A DNA stretch of 22,591 nucleotides from NCBI GenBank assembly GCA_964244895.1, contig CAXTKV010000070.1:1-22591 (forward strand). The letters are read 5' to 3'. The DNA comes from an uncultured Deinococcales bacterium. GTDB lineage: Bacteria; Deinococcota; Deinococci; Deinococcales; JAAFIG01. Made by a program: the position numbers and the translations under genes. The notes under the pieces were generated by a model. The model ran no database searches. It saw only the letters and a list, made by a program, of their open reading frames with translations, and was not told the DNA's origin. The number at the start of each line of letters is the position of its first letter. The stretch's first letter is position 1. Below are positions 16,570-22,591 of this stretch, piece by piece.

Positions 16570-16610
16570 CATCCTGAACGGCACCAGTGATTCTGGCGCC
16601 GTTCAGGATG
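16570..16610 (-). terminator. 18-bp stem-loop downstream of the beta-mannosidase gene
   Basis: CATCCTGAACGGCACCAG-TGATT-CTGGCGCCGTTCAGGATG. The single mismatch becomes G-U on the minus strand; no U tract on that strand. Confidence 0.55.
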
Positions 16611-16665
16611 CTGTTTTCGACAGGTGCTTCAGCACAGCGCGCAGAGCCCTTCGATCTCCAAATCT

Positions 16666-19203
16666 TCAGCTGAGTGGCTTAAAGAAGCGAAGACTGATGG
16701 ATTTCGGTTCGAGCAACCTTGTCATATCTTCGATAACCACCAGTGTTGTTTCACCGGCTTGAAGATCGAAATGCCCCTCGCTCGCGCGTGCGCTCAGACT
16801 CGGCGAGTTGACGCTAATCCCAGCGACGTACGCGTCTGCACTAATGCGCAGTTGCAGACGGTGTAGGGAAATTTGTTCAATCTCGAGACGCGGAGCGCCG
16901 AAGAGCGGTAAGTCGTGCAACGGTGCAAAGAAGTGCCTGTTCATGGCGACTTCCGGTTGATGTGACCGCACTGCCAAGTAGTGCGATGTACCAGCTTTGA
17001 GGTCGGCGGCCAACCATTTGCGCACGGGACAGCTCAGGCCAGCGGCGACGGTCACCTCGAAGCTTTCCTCGAACAAGCTGTTTCCCTCCAGCGATGCGTA
17101 TCGAACTGTGAGGTTATCTTGGTAAGTGCTTCGCGTATCGTTGCAGACCCACAACTCGAGTCCGTCATCCTTGAGCGCCTTGAAAGACAGTAGGATCGAC
17201 GCGAATGCGCGTTTGAGCGTGAAGTACGCGGCTTTTGGGACGCCGTAGTAATCAATGTACGACCACGATTGCACCGGCCAACAGTCATTGAGTTGCCATA
17301 CCAGCGCTCCCGAGCAGTGCGGCTTACGTCTGCGGAAGTGCTCGACGGCAAACTTCAAGCCCTCCGCCTGGGCGATCTGACTGTAGGCGATGTACTCATT
17401 CAGGTTCCGGGGCAACCCGGTCAGGTTGAACATCAGGTTATCGCCCTTGTTTTTCGGGTTATCCTTGTTGTGGTGATCCATCGCGGGGCTGTGGTGGTAC
17501 AGCTCAGAATCAGGGATCACTGTCTCGAGCGTTACGCATTCCGGCGCGGCGTGCAATCCGAACTCGCTGTTGAAACGTGCCATGTCCTGCGCGTAATGGT
17601 GGATGTCCACCCCATCCGGAGTTCCATCGTGGGTTGGGCGCTCGCCAAAGTGTCGGTCGAACGGTCTGTTGCCGTGCCAGACATCCCAATTGTGCCGGTC
17701 ACCCTCGAGCATGCTGTTGTGGTCGTTTCCACCGAAGGGGCTGCCCGGCCAGTAGGGCGTCTGGCCGTCCTCGCGGGCTACGGTTTCCGGTAGCGTCTGG
17801 TCGTAATAGCGCGCTCCGGGCACGCGCTTACCGGGTTCATCCCAGTAGCGGTGGTCGTGAAGCCACTGGTTTTCGTTGTTGCCGCACCAGAGCGCCAGCG
17901 ACGGGTGGGCGCGCAGTCGTCGCACCTGATACTGCGCCTCGAGCGCGATTTCCTCGGCGAAGGCATCGTCTTCCGGATAGGGCGCACAGGCGAACATGAA
18001 GTCCTGCCAGACAAGCAATCCCAGTTCGTCGGTCAGGTCATAAAAGGCATCGTGTTCGTAGATGCCGCCACCCCAGACGCGCAACGCGTTGGCATTGCCA
18101 TCGCGAGCCATCGTCAACAGGTCACGGTAACGCCCGACAGGAATCGCGCCGACGAAGCTGTCGCAGGGAATCCAGTTTGCGCCGCGCGCAAAGACAGAGT
18201 AGCCGTTCAGCACGAACCGAAAAAAGCGCGTTCCGGGTTCGTCCGGGTCGTGCGACTGATCAAGCGCCAGCGTGCGCACCCCGACGCGACGCGTACACCG
18301 ATCCACTTCGCGTCGACCCAATTCCGGGTCGTCGTGAATTAATGCGACCTCGAGCGTGTACAGGGCGGGCTGTCCGAGGTCGTGCGTCCACCACAGCTCG
18401 GGCTGGTCAAGGTCGAGGTAGACGGTCACATCAGCTGCGGCTTCCCCAAGTTCGACCGTGCGCTCGATAGATGCAGGCAAACCATCTGGGGAAATCAAAC
18501 GAACGCGGGCGTGCAACATACCAGCACCCGCGAAGCGCTCCGCCTGCACCCGCACGGCTACCAGCGCCTTGGTGCGATCCGCCGCCAGTTCCAGCGTCCG
18601 AAAACCCGCCGGCTCGAGCCGCGCAACCTCTTCACGACGCAGTTCCACAGCCCGCCAGAGCCCGACCGTCGGCAGGCGCGGCCCCCAATCCCAACCGTAA
18701 CCGAACTGGGCTTTTCGCATCGCCACGCGCGGGGCGCTCGGCTGCGACCAATGGCTGATGTCGCGCCCCTCGAGTCGCGTCAGAGGCGGGTCGAAACGAA
18801 CGCACAGCAGATTCTCGCCGGGCCGCAAGCTGTCGGTCACGTCGAAGACGTGTTCGCGGAACATATTGCAGGTCGTTCCCAGAACCTGACCGTTCAGGTA
18901 AACTGTGGCGAAGGTATCGAGGCCGTGGAACACCAGGCGCAACCGCTCGAGTGCAGATGGCGCAACCGGAGCCGCGAAGCTCGTGCGGTACCACCACTCG
19001 TGCTCCTCTATCCAGACAGCGTCAGTTTCGTTCTGGCCGTAGAACGGCTCCGCGAGTCGCCCAGCTTCGACCAAAGTGCGATGAACATCACCAGGAACAG
19101 GAATAGGCAACCAACCATCCTTCGTCGCAGGATTTGGTTCGTGCGCTCCGACACGTTCGCCCTCTCCAGGGGCAAAATCGTGCAGCATCCAGGTTTCAAA
19201 CAT
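16666..19203 (-). CDS. GH2 glycoside hydrolase, beta-mannosidase type
   Basis: RKAQFGYGWDWGP, RVWGGG, WQDFMFAC, GNNEN (acid/base), SEFG (nucleophile) and WQLNDCWP. No obvious signal peptide. Confidence 0.93.
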   Translation of the reverse strand: MFETWMLHDFAPGEGERVGAHEPNPATKDGWLPIPVPGDVHRTLVEAGRLAEPFYGQNETDAVWIEEHEWWYRTSFAAPVAPSALERLRLVFHGLDTFATVYLNGQVLGTTCNMFREHVFDVTDSLRPGENLLCVRFDPPLTRLEGRDISHWSQPSAPRVAMRKAQFGYGWDWGPRLPTVGLWRAVELRREEVARLEPAGFRTLELAADRTKALVAVRVQAERFAGAGMLHARVRLISPDGLPASIERTVELGEAAADVTVYLDLDQPELWWTHDLGQPALYTLEVALIHDDPELGRREVDRCTRRVGVRTLALDQSHDPDEPGTRFFRFVLNGYSVFARGANWIPCDSFVGAIPVGRYRDLLTMARDGNANALRVWGGGIYEHDAFYDLTDELGLLVWQDFMFACAPYPEDDAFAEEIALEAQYQVRRLRAHPSLALWCGNNENQWLHDHRYWDEPGKRVPGARYYDQTLPETVAREDGQTPYWPGSPFGGNDHNSMLEGDRHNWDVWHGNRPFDRHFGERPTHDGTPDGVDIHHYAQDMARFNSEFGLHAAPECVTLETVIPDSELYHHSPAMDHHNKDNPKNKGDNLMFNLTGLPRNLNEYIAYSQIAQAEGLKFAVEHFRRRKPHCSGALVWQLNDCWPVQSWSYIDYYGVPKAAYFTLKRAFASILLSFKALKDDGLELWVCNDTRSTYQDNLTVRYASLEGNSLFEESFEVTVAAGLSCPVRKWLAADLKAGTSHYLAVRSHQPEVAMNRHFFAPLHDLPLFGAPRLEIEQISLHRLQLRISADAYVAGISVNSPSLSARASEGHFDLQAGETTLVVIEDMTRLLEPKSISLRFFKPLS

Positions 19204-19217
19204 GGGATTCCTTTTGC

Positions 19218-20087
19218 TTACTTTGGCTTCGAGGCCGGTTCAACGAGGCCACGCAAATACGGCAGATCCAGATCGTAAAACTTCGGCACAACTGCCGCTG
19301 GCACGTGTGGCTCGAGCGTGACCCAGCCCCGGTAGCTGTCCGCTCGCAATCGCCGGACAATCGCCTCGACGGGAAAGGCGGATTCAGAAAGCGGAAGGTA
19401 ACCGATATGATCGCGATCCGAGTGACGCATCAGGCTGCCCTCGTGAACTCCGGGCCGCTCCTCGTATCGGCAACCTCCTTTCAGGTGAACATATCCGACG
19501 TGCTCTCGAATCACCTCGTAGGCGTGCGGGAAGGGCTCGACGTACGCGTGATAGTAGTTGCACGGATCGAACTGCGTGCGGAACCCGGCAGATCCCACGG
19601 CCTGTACCATCCGGGCCACGCTTTCAGGGAGCGCACTGTCGTCGTGCGCCTCGTTCTCGAGGGTGATCACCACGCCGTGGGCTGCGGCATATTCAGCGGC
19701 GGGACGAACGGCCTCGAGAAACAACGTAGCGGTGATGTGCGCGGTGTAGCAATTTACGAGGCGGCTCTCGAGCGTGATGGCTGCATCAATGGCGCCCTGG
19801 AGGGCTTCGGTCAAGGCCACGGTTCCGCCGCGCGCGATGCACAACGGCGCGGCGTGAAACCCCAGCGTGACGCACGCGACCCGAAAGCCGCGATCCCGCA
19901 TCAGCAGGCGAACCGCTTCGACATTTTTGGTTTCGTACCGTTCGTGCTCTTCGGGGGTCTGGGAATTCCCTGTAAAATTCGATGGCCAGAGTTCGAGCGC
20001 GTTCACACCGTATTGCTCAGCCAGATCAATGATCTGTGACAGCGTGTGCGTGGCCGCCAATTGCTGGGCGTTCAGGGCGATGTTCAA
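19218..20087 (-). CDS. Sugar phosphate isomerase/epimerase family protein (xylose isomerase-like TIM barrel)
   Basis: Metal-site motifs LENE, FDPCN, YVHLK and TLEPH. TTG start overlapping the upstream TGA. Confidence 0.88.
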   Translation of the reverse strand: MNIALNAQQLAATHTLSQIIDLAEQYGVNALELWPSNFTGNSQTPEEHERYETKNVEAVRLLMRDRGFRVACVTLGFHAAPLCIARGGTVALTEALQGAIDAAITLESRLVNCYTAHITATLFLEAVRPAAEYAAAHGVVITLENEAHDDSALPESVARMVQAVGSAGFRTQFDPCNYYHAYVEPFPHAYEVIREHVGYVHLKGGCRYEERPGVHEGSLMRHSDRDHIGYLPLSESAFPVEAIVRRLRADSYRGWVTLEPHVPAAVVPKFYDLDLPYLRGLVEPASKPK

Positions 20088-21070
20088 GAGGGGCTTCCTT
20101 TCAGCGCATCCAGCAGCCTGGCATCGGCCAGCGCCTCGGTCGGATCGGGCTGGTACGGCGAATCGGTCAGGATCGCACTCGAGAAATGCTCGATTTCGCG
20201 GCGGTAGTTATCGAAATGTGGAAGATCCGAGGATGCTTCCGTCGCGGTGGTTTCACGCCCGACCGTGATCTCGAGCCGTCCAGTCGGAGTCTGCGCGAAG
20301 CAGTCGGTCAGGTCAATCCGACCCTCCGTGCCGTAGACGATGATCCTGCATTCCCGGTGTGAGAAAGTTGCGGCGAACACGCCCGGGATGCCCCTCTCAG
20401 TGACGATCCAGGCCATGTTGGTGTCCGGGACCGTGGCGCTGCTCGGGGCGACGGTGCGAACCGCCTGGGCGTTGACGGTGTTAATGTTTTGACCCAACAG
20501 TTCGCGCAGCCCGAAGGCCAGGTACACGCCGATGTCCAGAAGCGGGCCGCCGCCCATTGGATCCGTCCACCGCCATCCGCCCGGTGCGCCTGGCGGGTAC
20601 GGGCCGAGCGCGGTATACGAAAAATTGGCGTAGACGAAGGTGATTTCCCCTATTGCATCGCTCTGAACGGTGTAGCACGCCTGCTGGAAAAGATCGCTGA
20701 AGCGCGACATGTACGCCGTCATCAACCGCACGCCGTGCCGCTCGGCGGCCTCGAGCATCCGGGTGACTTCACTCACGTTCTGCCCGAGCGGTTTCTCGCA
20801 TAGGATCGCCTTGCCCGCTTGTGCGGCAGCCAGAACAGCTTCCAGATGCATTCCGGTAGGCAGGGCGATGTAAACGGCCTCTACCCGAGGGTCGGCCAAC
20901 AGCTCGCGGTAATCGGCGTAGCCATCAGCCCCAGTCAGGTCGCGCCGCGCCGCGATGGGATCGGCCACCGCGACCAGTTCGACGCCCTCTGCAGCGCGCA
21001 TCGCCGGGAGCATCTTGTCCACCGCGATCTGGCCGCAGCCGATCATTCCCCAACGAACACGTTTCGTCAT
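20084..21070 (-). CDS. Gfo/Idh/MocA family oxidoreductase
   Basis: WGMIGCGQIA, AVYIALPTGMH, LCEKP and GGGPLLDIGVY. Confidence 0.93.
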   Translation of the reverse strand: MTKRVRWGMIGCGQIAVDKMLPAMRAAEGVELVAVADPIAARRDLTGADGYADYRELLADPRVEAVYIALPTGMHLEAVLAAAQAGKAILCEKPLGQNVSEVTRMLEAAERHGVRLMTAYMSRFSDLFQQACYTVQSDAIGEITFVYANFSYTALGPYPPGAPGGWRWTDPMGGGPLLDIGVYLAFGLRELLGQNINTVNAQAVRTVAPSSATVPDTNMAWIVTERGIPGVFAATFSHRECRIIVYGTEGRIDLTDCFAQTPTGRLEITVGRETTATEASSDLPHFDNYRREIEHFSSAILTDSPYQPDPTEALADARLLDALKGSPS

Positions 21071-21159
21071 GGAGCCCCTAGGCGGAACGTGACCCGAGGG
21101 CGAGGGTCGGCCTCAGACCTCACCACGATCGCATCCGTCCGCTGGACAATTCGCCACCT

Positions 21160-21290
21160 CTGCCGCTTGACCCTCTCAGACGCGCAGTACGCGTTGGTGC
21201 GCCAACTCATCTGTCCACCACCTGTTCTCGAGACGATGCTCGGTCGTGCGACTACCAGCCTGTGGTCAACCTGTTCCGGTTCGGTCGTGC
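21160..21290 (+). pseudogene. Possible decayed IS5-family transposase N-terminal fragment
   Basis: With two frameshifts it reads LPLD/LSDAQYALVRQLI.PPP...GR/DYQPVVNLFRF, resembling the IS5/IS1031-type pattern YPSDLTDAQW..I..LIPP...GR...D.R.VVN.I.Y. By-eye only. Confidence 0.35.
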
Positions 21291-21451
21291 TGAGCACACC
21301 ACCGAGACCCTGGAACCAGGGTGCTGAAGTGGCGTTCTGGCTGAAATACGACGGTCGGATTTTTGATGTTTGAAATCCTTTCGATCTCGCGTTTGTCCAG
21401 CCTTCGTCAGATCACGGGCGCAGAATCCGGATCTCGAGCCGTGCGACCCAT

Positions 21452-22267
21452 TTATTTCCCGATACCCGCCAGACTGTTGACGAACTGGCGTTGCAGCGCG
21501 ACGTAGAGTAACAGCACGGGCAGTGTGGCCATCGTCACCGACGCGAGCAGCAGCGGCCAGTTCGAGGCGTACTGGCCCTGAAAACTGACCAGCCCGAAGG
21601 CCAGCGTCTTGAGTCCATCGTCACTGATCAGGATCAGGGCGAGCAAGAACTCGTTCCAGATGAACACGCCCTGGAAGATCGCGACGCTCGAGAGTCCGGG
21701 CAGGGAAAGCGGCGCGACCACCCTGACCAGCAGTTGCAGTTCGTTGCACCCATCCAGCCTGGCAGCCTCTTCGAGTTCCCTGGGAAAATCGAGAAAAAAC
21801 GAGTACAGCAGCAACACCGAAAACGGGATGCCGAAAGCCACGTACGGCCCGATCAACCCGGCGTACGAATTGAGCGCGTTTGCGGCGCGCAGCATTTCGT
21901 AGAGCGGCACTAAGACCGTATGAATTGGGATGGCGTAGCCGGTGATCAGGAGCACGTAAAAGCCGTTTCTTCCCGGAAACTGACTGCGCGCCAGGGCGTA
22001 AGCGGCCAGTCCGCTGACGACCAGAATGGCCGCGACGCTGACGCCGGTCACGAGCACAGAATTTAGCAAATACCTCGCTAGGCCCGTCTGCCAGGCCTCC
22101 ACAAAATTTGACCACCGCAATGAGGCGGGCAAAGAGAAAGGGCTCGAGAACATCTCTGGTGTGGTCTTGAGAGACGACGCCAGCAGCCACACGAACGGTA
22201 GCGCCATCACGATCAGGTACGCGCCCAACGCCAGGTACAGAACGGGTTTGAAGTTGATCGTTTGCAT
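21452..22267 (-). CDS. Carbohydrate ABC transporter permease (MalG-like)
   Basis: NFVEAW, YLLNS, EAA loop PRELEEAARLDG and WNEFL; multiple hydrophobic segments. Confidence 0.95.
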   Translation of the reverse strand: MQTINFKPVLYLALGAYLIVMALPFVWLLASSLKTTPEMFSSPFSLPASLRWSNFVEAWQTGLARYLLNSVLVTGVSVAAILVVSGLAAYALARSQFPGRNGFYVLLITGYAIPIHTVLVPLYEMLRAANALNSYAGLIGPYVAFGIPFSVLLLYSFFLDFPRELEEAARLDGCNELQLLVRVVAPLSLPGLSSVAIFQGVFIWNEFLLALILISDDGLKTLAFGLVSFQGQYASNWPLLLASVTMATLPVLLLYVALQRQFVNSLAGIGK

Positions 22268-22590
22268 CAGGCTGTACCTTCGGTTCTATTTCGGGCAGGG
22301 GACTGCAGTCGAAGCTGCACCAAGCTCAGCGTTACGGTGAACGCGAGCAACACGACCGCGATGGCGCTGGCATAACCCATGCGATTGAGATTGAAGGCGT
22401 TCTTGTAGAGGTACGTCCCCAGCACCTCGCTGGCGTGCGCCGGCCCACCGAGGGTCAAGACGTACACCAAATCGAAGGCCTTGAACGAACCGATCATCGT
22501 GATCAATACGGCTGCGACGATGACGTTGCGGATTGCGGGAATGGTGATGAAGAAGAACGATTGAATCTCGCTCGCCCCATCCAGCGTTGC
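22267..22590 (-). CDS. Carbohydrate ABC transporter permease (MalF-like), C-terminal part (truncated by window)
   Basis: ATLDGAS...ITIP...SFKAFDLVYVLTLGGP...GYASA. Frame is open to the window edge. Confidence 0.93.
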   Translation of the reverse strand, partial: ATLDGASEIQSFFFITIPAIRNVIVAAVLITMIGSFKAFDLVYVLTLGGPAHASEVLGTYLYKNAFNLNRMGYASAIAVVLLAFTVTLSLVQLRLQSPARNRTEGTA

Positions 22591-22591
22591 G

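Noticed and set aside
21067..21297. 76-aa minus-strand ORF upstream of the Gfo gene
   Set aside because: Arg-rich with no motif or clear RBS; the region is better explained as a decayed insertion.

Overview
High-GC bacterial DNA, probably Deinococcota. This is inferred from Thermus/Deinococcus-type paa proteins, leaderless promoters and heavy CTCGAG enrichment. The window has three blocks. (1) 1-5.5 kb: the end of a TetR gene, a DinB + divergent GMP-reductase-like pair, and an ArsR-led operon (SRPBCC, alpha/beta hydrolase, DHFR/RibD-like, DUF4287, cupin). These units are punctuated by three copies of a ~55-bp palindrome family whose stem differences are compensatory. (2) 5.7-16.0 kb, minus strand: a phenylacetate catabolic cluster (TetR/PaaR, then paaA-paaB as a single fused ORF, paaC, paaD, paaZ, paaH in two ORFs, paaJ, paaK) with a clear promoter and PaaR-like operator. 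paaE, paaF, paaG and paaI are absent from the cluster, and a likely serine-recombinase relic lies upstream of it. (3) 16.3-22.6 kb, minus strand: a tRNA-Trp 3' fragment (probable att scar) bordering a sugar-utilisation cluster (ABC permeases, Gfo/Idh/MocA oxidoreductase, TIM-barrel isomerase, GH2 beta-mannosidase), with a possible IS5-family relic inside it. All calls come from reading the sequence by eye; no searches were run.
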